Part shown: positions 13,053-25,929 of the stretch, one piece after another | How the letters are laid out: each line of letters opens with the position of its first letter | Numbering within the stretch: position 1 is the first letter of the stretch | Assembly (NCBI GenBank): GCA_040285855.1 | Contig: JAUFOQ010000002.1 | Coordinates: 3,410,001 to 3,474,000, forward strand | DNA: 64,000 nucleotides | Direction of reading: 5' to 3' | Source of the DNA: Eukaryota sp. GEM-RC1 | Lineage: Eukaryota | Position numbers and translations under genes: made by a program | Notes under the pieces: generated by a model | What the model was told of the DNA's origin: nothing | The model's input: only the letters and a program-made list of their open reading frames with translations | The model's database searches: none

Positions 13053-13152
13053 TGAATATGAGAGACGTCAAGCAAGGATTGTTAATTAGTTAAGGAGATC
13101 TAGGGAATTTGATATCGATGTGAAATTGTTAACATGACATCACCGGCAACAT

Positions 13153-13225
13153 GCTCCAATGGCTCAGTTGGTAGAGCATTCCTTTAGTAAGGGAAAGGTC
13201 CAGAGTTCGAATCTCTGTTGGAGCA
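13153..13225 (+). tRNA. tRNA-Thr(AGT)
   Basis: GCTCCAA/TTGGAGC acceptor stem, GCTC/GAGC D-stem, TTCCT-TTAGTAA-GGGAA anticodon arm, CAGAG-TTCGAAT-CTCTG T-arm, followed by TTTTT. Confidence 0.97.
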
Positions 13226-13254
13226 TTTTTGAGAAATGTTGTTTTTTTAACGCT

Positions 13255-13860
13255 CGAATTATTTCAGCCGCTGAAAAGCTTAAACACTCCAAGTATGACT
13301 CTCAAGTAGAAGAATTAAATCAAAACTCATATTCCAAATTTATTTCTTTATTTGGCAATGTGTTTAATAGCGCTGTATGGATTAATCGAATTATGTTCTC
13401 TCTTTATAGAAGCATTCCCAAGTATTTATGTTCCATTTATTCGAAGTTGTATAGGGACAATTCTCGTGTTGATGTGGAGAATTTAACTTCTTTCATTTTC
13501 TGAATTAGTATGTATTAATTTATTGTTGCAAATAAACTCTTTTTCCAAATTTGTGTTTCAGCCTTTTGCTGTTTCTCTTTTTGGATTGATTATTCCTGCT
13601 GGTCATCAATTTTTCAAGGATTTCGATGAACTGTGTAAAGAAAAATAGCGTAAGTATATAATGGTTGAATGGAAAAACCGTATAGTGTTTTTCCTATATC
13701 GGAATATGCATTTCTATTTCTCTCGATTAATTGAGAAATTGTTAATTTTGTTTACGTCTTTAGATTTTAAGTATCTTTGAGAGTATAAAACATAATTTTT
13801 ATTGAGAAATTGTACAAGTTTGGTGTGAAGGTTAATGTTGATAAACGTAATAGATTACTA
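13255..13860 (+). mobile_element. Mosaic of non-LTR retrotransposon 3' fragments
   Basis: AAEKLKHSKYDSQVEELN (family B) interrupted by VFNSAVWINRIMF... (repeated at 17660-17830), then family B resumes (VFQPFAVSLFG). Confidence 0.8.
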
Positions 13861-14408
13861 TGATGTTCTGTAATGACAGACTGTCATCAACTCATAATCA
13901 CAACAAATCAAGCACAAGTTTAAACGAATAGACTGATTTCTGCACGAGTCCAACTACCACAAAAGTCTGAATAAACTTTCCAAAATCAAAATCGAAAACG
14001 GTCGGAAGCCGAAAATGGCGAATGAAATCTCTAATAATAAACGTCATTCTTATAAATATACGAAACACTAGAAAACCAAATTCAGGACAAAGCATCCACC
14101 ATTGGATTTTTTTACTGTTACAAAGAACATTCGTGTGTGTGGCTAGCACCTTCAGAGTGACAAAGAACGATAGCCAACCATTTTTAGTCAAAAAATACAA
14201 AGAAAATACAAAAATACCAAAAAAAATAAATTTTTGAGACACTCTTGTTATTTTACAAAAATACAAAAATACAATGAAACTTTAACAAAGATGTTCCTGA
14301 ATCATTCACTGTTCCTGAATCATTCACTGTGAGTGGGAAACTGCAGAAACCGTTCATTGTTCAGTTTCTTAAACTCATTTTGCATTTCATATTTTTTCAG
14401 CTCCTGTC

Positions 14409-15026
14409 ATGCTGCCTTCCTACAACGTCCACAATCTCTCAGTTGCTCTACCACAACCACAATCAAGCTCTCATGATTTTGTCTCTAGCCGTAGTCTATC
14501 AGCAAAGAGTAAACAATCAAGACCGCGTCCATTCACAGCACCTTTGAATTACACCTCTACAACATCGAACACTTCCTTTGCAAAGAGTTCTGCTTCAAAG
14601 AAATCTTCTAGACCGTTTTCATGTGTTCCTTCTCGTTCTTTGAAAGAACGTTCATCATCTACAACCCTCCAAAAAAAGAAGTGGAGAAGTCCATCTATTG
14701 AGCTTCAAACATGGTTGGCTGAACAGCTGACAGCTAGGCATGCTGGGAGTGAACCGACTTGCCCCGTAAGGAGGTCAATTTTCAGAGCATTGGCATTGAA
14801 AATCGGATCTCACTTACCATCAACTGGATTGGAGGAGCTTCTGATGCTTTCATTAAACGAACTCCAGGCTTCTTCAATTGATCACGATGAAGTTGTGAAC
14901 GAGGTGTCTTTATTAAAAGAAAAGGACGGCGAAATTGAATTCTTGAAGACTAAACTACACGATCTAAATTGTGAAAATTCTATACAAATGGCGAGTGTTG
15001 GTTGTCAGACTTGTGATCCAGATTAA
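14409..15026 (+). CDS. Hypothetical protein, Ser-rich N-terminus and coiled-coil C-terminus
   Basis: 205-aa ATG ORF with coding-like composition inside a gene island. Confidence 0.55.
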   Translation: MLPSYNVHNLSVALPQPQSSSHDFVSSRSLSAKSKQSRPRPFTAPLNYTSTTSNTSFAKSSASKKSSRPFSCVPSRSLKERSSSTTLQKKKWRSPSIELQTWLAEQLTARHAGSEPTCPVRRSIFRALALKIGSHLPSTGLEELLMLSLNELQASSIDHDEVVNEVSLLKEKDGEIEFLKTKLHDLNCENSIQMASVGCQTCDPD

Positions 15027-15064
15027 AGTCAATCAAATGAATCAATCAAATTTGATCAAATGAA

Positions 15065-16290
15065 TCATAACCTGCCTTTGTCTATTATTTTTTGACGGAT
15101 TTCAGTATCAAATTCATTCATTCTGTTTGAATTTCTTCTTTGAATTTTTTTCGGGAACTGTTGAACTAACCTATTTTTGACCTTTTGGAAGGGTTTTTGA
15201 CCTGAGAGAGTGACATCGTTATTCACATTTTGAATATTTTCTTCAATAATAACGTTTTTCAAAAATTCCAATTGTTTTGACAGATTTCGGATAATGTCAT
15301 CTTTTTTTGATGAATCATGTTCTTTTTGTTTATGTAAAACAGTTTGCAGCTGAAAAATTGTACTTTTTAAAAATTTGACGAATTTCTTGAAATATTGTTC
15401 AACTTGCTCAATTTTTTTGGGAAAATTATCAGAAGAGTAAAACTCTTTCAAAACATCGTGGTCAATTAACGTATCAATTATCGACGAGAATGGCAAGAAA
15501 AGTCGTAAATAGGAGGTGCATTCTAAAAAGTCCAGTGATGATATGAAATAATAAAAGGAAGATAAATGTGAGTAATAGTTAATAAAATGTTGTACAACAA
15601 CCGCAAGAGAATAGTTGAGAGAACTTGAAGGAGATGTTTCCGTTTCCTGTGAAAAAACATCAAAGTTACGTGTGTGAAACATTTGAGAGATATTTAGGTT
15701 CTGGAAATTTGGAGAAGTCTCCAAAAGAGATTTCGAAGAAGTTTGAAAAGAAAATCAACATAATCCTTAATAGAAGTGTCATCACTGTCGAACAACTGGT
15801 TTAATTCAACAAAAGAAGAAACAACAGTAAGTGAGTTGAGGAGATGAAAAACCAGATCTTCTCTTGTTTCAAATGGATGAAACCCGCACTCAAAAGGTTG
15901 GAAGAAGGACGATATGAGACGATCAAAAGAGTATATACTAGCTTTCGGAGGCTGTAGTAGTTGAAGTCGAGTGTGATGTTTCTGTTCTAAACTCCTAATG
16001 ACGTGTGAAATCTTGTGTACGATGTTTCTGTTGGTATTGTTATGTTTACAACAGATATCACATAGCTGAGCGGAAATTGATGTTAATCGCTGATTAAGAA
16101 GCATCAACTCCTGTTTTTGTTGAGACTGAAAAACAGAAAGTGTTCGGGAGAGTGTGTGAACTATAGACCGAAGGCTTTGCTTCGTTTGTTCTTGTTCCAG
16201 AATGATCTCAGAAAGCAGTGATCTTGGATGGAGGGCAGACATAAAACTTGTAGAGTTTTTCAAGTAATCCAGAGGTATATGACCCAATAC
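15065..16290 (-). CDS. Hypothetical coiled-coil protein (frameshift near 15720)
   Basis: Two overlapping ORFs (217 and 219 aa) meeting at a T-run; start codon uncertain. Confidence 0.5.
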
Positions 16291-16329
16291 GGTTTTTTCA
16301 ATCAGCCATTCTAAGCTTACGCTTCTTTT

Positions 16330-17830
16330 CTTTACACAGTTCTTCAAAATCCTTCAAAAATTGATCACCCGTTGAAACTAGGAGTCATACTTGGAATGTT
16401 TGAGTTTTTCAGCTTAAAAGAAGAATCTAATATCCTACTAGCACAAGATTTGTTACAAACATCTACTGAAAAAACGCCTTTTATTTACTCACACAAATAC
16501 AAACTATCATCAATATTAACAAATGAGATACAAATACCTCTACATCATAATAAATTCATGTCTCAACGCAAAGACACGGTTCAAAATCGAATCAAAATAC
16601 CTAAACAGTGCTTTGAAAAGGGAAAACGACAAGCTTCCTCTCCAGTAACTTTCATTAAAATTCTTTCCATACTGCTTACACAATTTGCCAAAATCTGAGA
16701 AATTGTTGACCGAAGCAACCAAACGTTCCATAAAGAGAAATAGCAAACGGATGGAAAACAAAGGATTGTGTCGACGAGAATTTATTTTGGAAATTAATTC
16801 TAGTTCGCCATAACGATTTAATTTTTTCCTTTCAGCAGTTTCAAGAGATGAATAGTTTTTGTCAAATATTTTGTTAACAGAAGTTGAGTTACAAGGATCA
16901 ACCAGAGTAAAGTCCATAATTATTTCTTGAGAGGACAACCAAGGACCAATCAAATCACCTCTGCTCTTATCTCTCATAGTTGAGTCAGACAAAGTATTAA
17001 AACTGGTTCGATTTTCTCATGAAAACCATTGCTCTTAAACAATTGTAAACATTGACCACGTAAACTGTAGTGGATAATTGATCTTAAATGAATAAACTTA
17101 TGACAGGTGACCACATGATGGAAAGAGGCTAAAGAAGAACCACACACACAAGTAGACTGTTGCAGGAGACCAACAGGCCATAAACCGAACCTCAAACGAA
17201 TGTTGATAAGCCATTCATGATCTTTTTAAGTTGAAACTATATCTTTGAGGATATCGAGTAATCAAAGTAGAAACCTCATCACTAGAAATGTCTTTCAAAA
17301 AAGCACAAAAAGCGGGACTCTCGATTTTTGCCAAGCTAATACGATTTTTTAAAATCCAAGAACATCTACTGTAGTAAAATCTATTAATGATTGACTCGAT
17401 TTAAGCCACGTAGGATGGAGATCCCCTCTTTTTGATCAGTAAATTCATTTTCTGAAAGATGATTCAAAACTGGTTCAACTTTAGAGTGAAAACCAAATTG
17501 TTAAAATAGGAATCGCAAATTTCCCAAATGAATAAAAATGAAGAATCTTAATGAAGAATTATATTCTATATTTTCATTTGTTCCATTTTGCGATTTCAAT
17601 TTTTGGTAATATTGGTCCATCAGGTTTAATATTTTTCAGTGATTTTAGTCTTTTATGTCGTTCTAATGGCAAGGTTTTTAATAGTGCTGTATGGATTAAT
17701 CGAATTATGTTTGCTCTTTATAGAAGCATTCCCAAGGATTTAAGTTCCATTTATTCGAAGTTGTATAGGGATAATTCCCGTGTTGATGTGGAGTATTTAA
17801 CTTCTTTCATTTTCTGAATTAGTACTACAG
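16330..17830. mobile_element. Cluster of nested RLE non-LTR fragments in both orientations
   Basis: CVCG...HVVTC...RSIIH, RGDLIGPWL...MDFTLVDPC...AERKKLNRY on the minus strand; FAISIFGNIG...WINRIMF on the plus strand. Confidence 0.82.
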
Positions 17831-17941
17831 TCAAAACTGATTGTTGCATATGAACTCTAATATCGTTTTGAAAAAATATATCACATAGAATTAAATAAAA
17901 TACAAGTGAATTTATATCACAATCACAAAGTTCTTGAAAAA

Positions 17942-19608
17942 CTATGGAAAATCCTGATCAAGAGTAACTTTTTCCACCAATCTTTTTTTGATAACATCTT
18001 CAGAAACTAGAAATTCAACTAATTTGTCAATAGAATAAATAGCTTCTTTTCCCTCAGAATACTTGTGTGAATGTGCCCCCGATAACCATTTATACCTGTC
18101 TAATTTGGTTGTCAAGTCATTGATAATCTTGGTATAATGTAACACCAACTCTTTCTCCCGTTCCTCCCACGATAAAGATCTGTTCAAAGACGATGACCCA
18201 ATCAAATCACGTGATCGATGACGTGGCGGTGTTGTTAGAAGTGTTAGTCTTTCACTAATGCTATCAGTGGGAGATGAAGCAAATGAAGGAGGAATTGAAT
18301 GAGGTACTGGAACAGATTGTCTGTAACCTAAGGAGAGTGGTGACGATGGCAGTGATTGCTGATTGGATTGAATTGGTTTCGTTTGGAGTGACTCCACAGT
18401 AGTTCGAAGATCTTGAATCTGTTTTTCTAAAGTAGAGTTTTGTTCCAACAACACTTGATTCTTACTTTCATATTCCATAATCTTTGCTTCCAGAGACGAT
18501 TGACCATCATTAAACTCCGCCACTTCATTTACAACAGCACAATTCTTAACAGCCATGGCTCTAGTGGCAAAATGAAGTGACGAGTAAGTTTCTTCATAGT
18601 TAAAAGCTGCTGGTCCGATACAAACACACAGACATGTCTTAGAGTTTCCACCCAAGCTATCAGACAAAAGTCTAGTTAATTTCGAATCCCTGAATGGAAC
18701 ATGTGCTTTGTTTCCAGAACTTAGTGCAGCAACTACATTTCCTAATGCTGACAAACTCTTGTTGATCTTCTTGGCTTCTTCTAACCTGAACCCTTCACTT
18801 CCTGTCTTAGCCACTCTCTCAGATCCAGCTAAATCAATTATAGACAACGCACCTCTTTTTACACCAGAATTGTCCCTCTTTGATCTCTGTTCAACAGTCA
18901 ATTGAAGGATGACGTGTGACCTTGATGACGTTTTGTTCATCGCAGTGGATGAAATAGCTCTATTAGATGCACCTTCTCTAATGTAATCAAGAACTTGTGC
19001 TGGATTATCAGCTTGAAGGTAAGTTAAGTTATCAATAAAGACTCCATGATTCTTGTCTTCTCGAACGACAAGATTGTTTTTTGATTGATCTAATAAATCC
19101 ATGATGATCTCCATGTAGATCTGGAAAAAGATACAGACACTCTAAACTCAGTATCAGCAGAATTCTCCTCAATGTAGTCAAAAATTTGAAGGATTGCCCT
19201 GGGGACTATTCCACATTGAGAGAAAGGAGGAGGGTCGTCAGGTTTGCGAGAGGATTTGCGTTCTTCAGGTCTCTCCCAGTCAGAACCAGGACCAAATATG
19301 GTAAAAGACTTTCCTGTTCCTGTTTGTCCGTAAGCCATGATTGTAGAGTTGTAGCCATCAAGTACATCTTGAACAACATCTACACAGCCTGCACTGTAAA
19401 CGTCATCCTGAGAAGTAGAAGAGTCAAATACGGCATTAAAAGGAAACTCACGTTCAGAAACTCCAGCAGGAGAGGTAAGGCAGATAGCAGAGTGATCAGG
19501 AAAAGTTCTGACGATGTTTTGGAAAGGTTCTCCGTATTCGTTTTCATAGTCCTCACGAATTGGAGGACGAACTCGAACGATGACTTTAATGTTGTTTGTA
19601 TCGTTCAT
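17942..19608 (-). CDS. Kinesin motor protein (frameshift near 19125)
   Basis: NIKVIVRVRP, AYGQTGTGKSFT, SF(F)QIYME, NKTSSRSH, IDLAGSE, HVPFRDSKLTRLLSDSLGGN; C-terminal coiled coil. Confidence 0.95.
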
Positions 19609-19686
19609 GATGGTAGATACAAGGAAGAACAAGTGAGTTTTGCTGTTAGTGGAAATCTTTCTCCATCTTGAATCATCTACTAATAG

Positions 19687-20950
19687 ATGGCTGACCCTCT
19701 GTTTGTTCTTCGGGAATACTACCTTCAAAAAAAAGTCCGTTAAACTTGATGGAGATTTCTTAGTCTTTGAGGGTACTGCAGCACCTCGACGAATTCATCG
19801 CAAAGCTCCTAGTTCTGTTCTCCGTATTAACAAACCTTCTGAATGTTATCCTATTGATTCTCTTTGGCTTATATGGACCTTAATGATGGAACACGGTACT
19901 AATGTTGACACACCACAATGGAAAGCTGCCCAGAAGCACTATGATGTTGAAAATGTTAACATCATGGATCGTAAGTATATCATTTCGTTCATTTCTGGAC
20001 AAGCCGAAGCAGACACAAGAATCAAACCCCTCTCAACTCTTCCTGTCGAATCTATTCTCTACACCTCACGGTCTTCCCAAGTAGAGGAGAAGATCACTGA
20101 CCAGTTCGATATGAAGCTAGTAGCTGACGACAAGAAGAAGTGGATTGACCTAGTCAACTCTATTTCTTCCTCTTCTCATGTTCCTTTTGACGACCTTCCT
20201 GACCCTAAGAACAACCCGTACCTTAACGAATATATTAAGAGGAACATCCACTTGAGACCATTGCCTGAAGAAATCTTTCTCTCAGCCGATGCTCAACTTA
20301 ACGGATCAGTTGAATGGGTCAGAATGGCTCCAACTACTTCAGTAACGAGTCAGAATGCCTTTAATGTGCTTCCTTACATATCTACTGCTATCAATACCGA
20401 CAGACCTTTGGTACCTGAGGAAGCAGTGGTCAAAAGTTCAAAAAAATCACGTCATCCAATAATTCTGGTTCCCTCTAATACTGCTGCTCCACTTAATATC
20501 CATAATATTGAGTCCTTTTTAGTTGGGCATCGCTGGAAAGAAGGTAGACAATCAGTTAGTGCTGGTCAAAAGAAAATGCTGACTCTTTCCTATTCTGGAA
20601 AAAGAATCACTTTTGAGGTTGTCTCTGACCCTGATGAGCTCAAGGATGACACGAGTGTCCCTGATGGCTCTGATTGGCCACGTTTAGTTGCTCTAATTCT
20701 GTATCAACCCCAACAATCTCTAAGGGAACGATTTAGAGGAAAAGAGAGTGGAAGGTTTTTCTACGATCATAAGGGATTGGTTGTGAGGTTTGATAATCAA
20801 GAGAAAGATCGACGTTTGCAAGGATTAAATATCGAAGAAGTTGTGTTAAGTAGCAACAAACGACATTTAGATGTGAAAATTTCAACTCAATTGGTTGCTA
20901 GCATATTTGAATTTTTGAAAAAACGGAAAAAGAGTTTTTGGAATCAGTAG
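19687..20950 (+). CDS. CDC73: PAF1 complex subunit CDC73/parafibromin (frameshift in A8 run near 19730)
   Basis: True N-terminus MADPLFVLREYY lies in a different frame from the listed ORF; C-domain HPIILVPS...LNIHNIESFL...DWPRLVA...KRHLD. Confidence 0.85.
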
Positions 20951-21086
20951 TTCATTTGTATTTTAAAATTGGAAATCGAAGTCGATTCAAATTTGATTTA
21001 CAAACAAAACTTTATATATTACACAATCAAGAACCTATCAATTTTCAAATTATTTGAAAAATGAATAATAATTTGGTACAATCAAC

Positions 21087-22874
21087 TCATTTTTTCCTCA
21101 TCTTCATTGGTGTTCTAGGCCTTGAAATTCTTTTTTTCAATAAATTCGAATGACTTAATTCTGATAAAACCTCTGTGAAAGCAACATCATAATCGTCTGA
21201 TGATAAATTTAATAAAAAACTAAAAATAGAGTTCGACTTTGTTGATTCAAAATTCTTTGAACTGGAAATTTCTTTAGATTTTCGCATTCTTTTTAAAAAT
21301 GATTCAACTCCTTTTTTGAACGGAACTTCGTCATCAATTGGATTGCCATTTCTGTACTGGTCTAAATCAGGTTTAAATGAGCACTCATCAGCTAACTTCT
21401 CCTGTTCAATCATTTTTGATTGAATACGTTTTGAATGTAATCGTGATAGCCACTTTAGATTCCGGTCAAAAATGTCCCCCGATTGGCTGGTATGAAGTTG
21501 ATAGTTCGATGGAGCTTTGTTTCTACCTAATTCAAGTTCTGCCATTTCCTGTCGTTCTTCATGAACTTTTCTCAAATCAATTCTCTTTTTCCTAACTTCA
21601 GCTTCATTGTAAAGCTGTGTAATTCTGTCTGTTGTTGAATTCTTTGCAGCCATAACTTTTGAATTTCTGTTAATTTTTGGAGTGAATTCAGGTCGTTCAC
21701 TTGGTTTTTGAGCTCTCGGTCTACTTTTTGGCCTTGTGAGACGATCAAAACCAGAAACTCCCTGTTTTTCCTCGTAATTTTTAACTAATTTTTGACTACG
21801 GGGCGTGACCTTGACTTGCGTTGACTCTTCACTTTTCTTGAGCTTCGCCAATCGTTTGATCTCTTTTGATCGAGCTTGATTGAAAAGATGATCGGCAACT
21901 GGTTGATTACGGACCATCGACTTAGAAACGTGATTGATTACTGGAGAGAAGGTAGCATTGGGGTCAGCCTCGATTAAACCTTCCGTAATTGATTGATTGG
22001 GTTTCTTGACAGAGTATAATCTAGTGACAACATCAGTTTCAGTCTGTTTCTTGGCAAGTTGACGTGATTTCTTTGAGATTCTAGGTGTACTTTTGGCCCT
22101 CCGTTCTTTATCATTAGAGTTCTTTTGGACCGCGACTTCTTGTTGCTTCTTATAATGGCCTAAAAGAAGATCGTTTTCAACTTGTCCTTTCCTTCTTTTT
22201 GTAGAATTCTTCAAAATTTTAATGCTATTTAAATTGATCTTCGGTTTTGCAGTATAATTTTCTTGATTAATTCCTTCATGAATTTCTTTCAAATGCTTCA
22301 GTTTCTGCTCACGTTCATGACCCCAGCTCAAAAGAGCGTCTACGTTACGTGATTCAATCATTTTTGATTGATGATTGATCTTAGGATGAACTTGGTCTTT
22401 TTGAGCTTCCAGTTCAAAATATTCCTTCAGCTCTGACTGTCGTTGCATCTTTTGTTTGACAAAGAGATCTTGTCTTGAAAGAAAGTCGGAGAAGTTAGAG
22501 GTGGAATTTCGTGAAGACTGTGGTGAAATGGCTTCCAAGTCTAGATACTCGTCCTCAGACGGATCTGGAGAGATAGGAGAAGTAATATCAGGTACTATAG
22601 TGGGAGGTTCAACAACAGTAATGTCCTCAAGGACGGGAAGAGGAGAAGTGGAAGGAGAAGGATATTGGTAAGAGTTGTCAGATATTCCAGGAGAGATTGT
22701 GGGTGTTGGTTCTGATGGTATACTTTTTGAAGGAGAGAGTGAGTTCCGCCTAGATTTGGACTTACGACGACGTGAATGCAGCTGAAGTTGACGCTTAAGT
22801 TCATTGATCTCATCACTGACAGCTCTATAACCATGTTCTAGTTGTTTTGCTACATTGAGAGTTGAACTGGCCAT
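21087..22874 (-). CDS. Hypothetical basic coiled-coil protein with repeated (T/S)FxPxIN motifs (possible microtubule/cilium-associated)
   Basis: 595-aa ORF; repeats HPKIN, AKPKIN, TFSPVIN, FTPKIN, ECSFKPDL. Confidence 0.7.
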   Translation of the reverse strand: MASSTLNVAKQLEHGYRAVSDEINELKRQLQLHSRRRKSKSRRNSLSPSKSIPSEPTPTISPGISDNSYQYPSPSTSPLPVLEDITVVEPPTIVPDITSPISPDPSEDEYLDLEAISPQSSRNSTSNFSDFLSRQDLFVKQKMQRQSELKEYFELEAQKDQVHPKINHQSKMIESRNVDALLSWGHEREQKLKHLKEIHEGINQENYTAKPKINLNSIKILKNSTKRRKGQVENDLLLGHYKKQQEVAVQKNSNDKERRAKSTPRISKKSRQLAKKQTETDVVTRLYSVKKPNQSITEGLIEADPNATFSPVINHVSKSMVRNQPVADHLFNQARSKEIKRLAKLKKSEESTQVKVTPRSQKLVKNYEEKQGVSGFDRLTRPKSRPRAQKPSERPEFTPKINRNSKVMAAKNSTTDRITQLYNEAEVRKKRIDLRKVHEERQEMAELELGRNKAPSNYQLHTSQSGDIFDRNLKWLSRLHSKRIQSKMIEQEKLADECSFKPDLDQYRNGNPIDDEVPFKKGVESFLKRMRKSKEISSSKNFESTKSNSIFSFLLNLSSDDYDVAFTEVLSELSHSNLLKKRISRPRTPMKMRKK

Positions 22875-23599
22875 TCAGATGTTAGAATTTTAAGAAATCC
22901 TCGATATCACAATGCATTGTTAATTAGTCTGACTAAATACATTGTACATATATCCATGTCATCATTTTTCTTTGAGAAAACTTCTCTCTCATTCAAGTTA
23001 TCAATTTCTTTAACAATTAAATTCTGCCCTTGATACATCTGTGTTTCTTCACGATTTCTTGAAGATCAATGATCAACTTCTAATCATGCCAAACTCCAGT
23101 CTCATCTCCAGTTGGAACTTAGAAGATGCTCTGGGCCTTCAAGCTACGAGTGAAGCCATAAAAATTGATTTAGAGTGGTGAGAGGGGAATCATCTGGTTA
23201 AGTCGGGTTTTAAGTTGATCTTATCGGTCTAAAAATTCTTCTAACTAGTTATAATCAAACGGTAATAGTACTTCATTAGAAGTACTTTTCCGACAACTCC
23301 GTAAATAATTTGGGCATTTTAGGGAACGAATATTAATTACTACATGCAGTAAATATACTTACTGTAGTAAATATAGAATATTCCATGACATGGCTCTCTT
23401 ATAGTGTTTTAAAAATACATTATTTTTTAAACACAATACAGTTTATTGATGGAGGGTATAAAAAGGCATATCAAAATAGAAGCTATGAAACACTAGACAC
23501 AGAAAATTCCTGGTCAACAGTACCACAGTTCTTATGCAACTTTGTGATAATTGATATAATAAACTTAGGCATCGAACGGAAAAAGAAAAAAATCAAACG

Positions 23600-25900
23600 G
23601 TTATGCCAAATTGATAAGTTAAATCACTTACTCTGAGACTTACACATAGATCCAAAATCAGTTAAAAACTTAGAAGCCATTTCACCAATACTACCAAAAA
23701 TAGAAAAGCTAATGGAACAAATATAAATTTTGAATATAAATTTTGATTGAGTTAGGATTAATTTTACGTTTTTCAGCTGTTTCTAAGTGATTGAAACCTT
23801 TTAAATTTAAGCCATTAACATAAGTTTAGCACATGGATCTACTGTTGTAACATCAAGGATAATTTGACGAGAATCAACAAAACGACTATGTAGTCACCTC
23901 GACGAGAATTATTAATTAAATCAAGACCCAACTTACTAAATAAAGGTTCAACTTTGGCATGAAATCCATGAGCTTTAAACATTTCAAATGTAACATCTCT
24001 GACAGCATTATGAAGAACAGAACGGAATTGAATAAATTTGGGGCAATTAATTACATGTCTAAAAGTTGGACTGCGACGATGACTACAAACACATTCAGAA
24101 TTATCCAGCAATTCTGCAGGAAACAATCCTAAACGCAATCGCAGAATTTTATTTCCAAGCCTCATCAGACAAATGCAAACCAAAAGGACGTGGTTGTTGA
24201 GTGATCAAACAAGTTGAATTCTTAATATCATACAAGAAGGCAGCAAAAACGGGATTATCAATTTTAGTAACACTAAAACGGTTTTCAAAATCCAGGTTTT
24301 CGAATGCCTTCAAAAGCTTATTTTGAGGTTTGACCACACATAAAGGGAGATACAATATAGATTTTTCAGGAATACTGGGTAAATGAGAAGGAAAACAGCT
24401 GTTCCAAATATCCAAATCCAAATTGTCAATAACTGAGACTAACGAACTTAACCAAGGAGAAGAATGAATGAGATTTTCATTAAACAACCGCCGTATCTGG
24501 ATTTAAATTCAAATAGAAAATTCTTCATTCCACCAATAAACGCACTTTTAGTTAGGTATGAAGCTCGTGTAAAGCCCACACCGCCAAAATTTTGCCTATG
24601 AAAAAACGTGATAAGGCAATGTCGAGTCATTAACCTCTACAAGATCACTTAAGAATTTAGTTCTCAAAGAATTAAATTTTCTGGCTAAATCAATAGTAAG
24701 TGCGGGTTTGATTGAGCGCAAAAGGTGATTGATTTTGGACGCAAAACAAATCGTCAAAAGGGAAAAAGAAATATGCTTACCAATTTTCAGCTGACCAATA
24801 TGTTAAGAGAAATATTACGCATGTCCCCTACGAATTTTAGGCATGTCCCCTAATTTCATTCTTTTCTTGTTTGTCATAAAGTCCAGGAGTATTACGTGTA
24901 CCTTCTGTTCTTTGAACCACAATGTATGTCTGAACGCATCATTGCTTTTGAGAATGCTGTCAATGAATGACAGAAATGGATATCTGATAATTCTTCTCTG
25001 ACGCTCACTGATCAAGACTCGCAGTTCTGAGACTTCTTGTCGTGTTGTTTGTGACAGAAGTGAGTGATATCTTTCAAGAACCAGTGATCTTCTTCAACAA
25101 GGCCAAAGACTGGCGAAGATTAACGGTTTGTGACTGTTTCTCTGCTTCGTTTCTCCCATCACTCACTGCTTTGACATCGAGAGCAGTACGGTACCTAAAC
25201 GACAATTGTATTCCATATGAGCATCTTTGTAAGAGAACAACGAGAGTTAAAGGTGAAAACATAAATTAAGGGACATGCCTAAAATTGGGAGGGGACATGC
25301 GTAATAATTCTCTATGTGTAAGCTTTACTGATATTTTTTCCAATGACTTATCCAACTTCAGGCGAATTTGATCGCCATTGCCAATGAAAGTACCCAACAA
25401 CTTAATAGCATCGACACTATAATTGGAACAATGAATAGTATGCCCTTCAAAAATGAACTCAAAAGGTGAAGAACCGATAAGAAAACATTTTTCATAATTC
25501 AACTGAAGACCAATTTCATTAGAAAGCTCAATCAATACTGGAAAAGCTGATAATAAATCATCAATAGATCCAACTAAAGAAGCATCATCAGCATAAACAC
25601 ACATATTTAAAGAATGGAACTTCATTTGAAACTTACGAAAAATTGACTGCAAAGCCACACAAAATAAAAATGGACCAAGAGGATCGCCTTGTTTGACTCT
25701 ACGTTGAGAAACCAGATTATTAGAATCAGAGTTCTGACCATACATTAGCAAAAGTAAGGGACTAATTCAGGAAATTCTAGTTTCAGTTCAGCAAAAATGC
25801 TAGACCTTAAAACAGAATTGAAAGCCTTTTGAAATCTATATTCAAAAGAAAATTCGAAGGAGATGCATTAAGAAGAACATCAGCAGATGATGTGCCAGGA
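23600..25900 (-). mobile_element. Decayed RLE non-LTR retrotransposon with RT domain (family C), interrupted by a MITE
   Basis: RT motifs VKQGDPLGPFLF, VYADD, KLLG; GGVGF; zinc knuckle CVCSH...HVINC...LHNAVRD; RLE RRGD. Confidence 0.9.
24807..25312. mobile_element. Non-autonomous long-TIR DNA element (MITE; Mutator- or Sola-like GAG...CTC ends)
   Basis: ~50-bp TIR GAGAAATATTACGCATGTCCCCTACGAATTTTAGGCATGTCCCCTAATTT versus the reverse complement of 25263-25312 (about 4 mismatches); flanks TATGTTAA / TATGTGTAA (imperfect TSD); host retro reading frame continues across it. Confidence 0.85.
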
Positions 25901-25929
25901 TATTGATCATTAGATGTATTTTCACTGTA

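Noticed and set aside
14292..14330. Tandem duplication of TGTTCCTGAATCATTCAC
   Set aside because: Only two units with nothing between them; no support for function or for a TSD.
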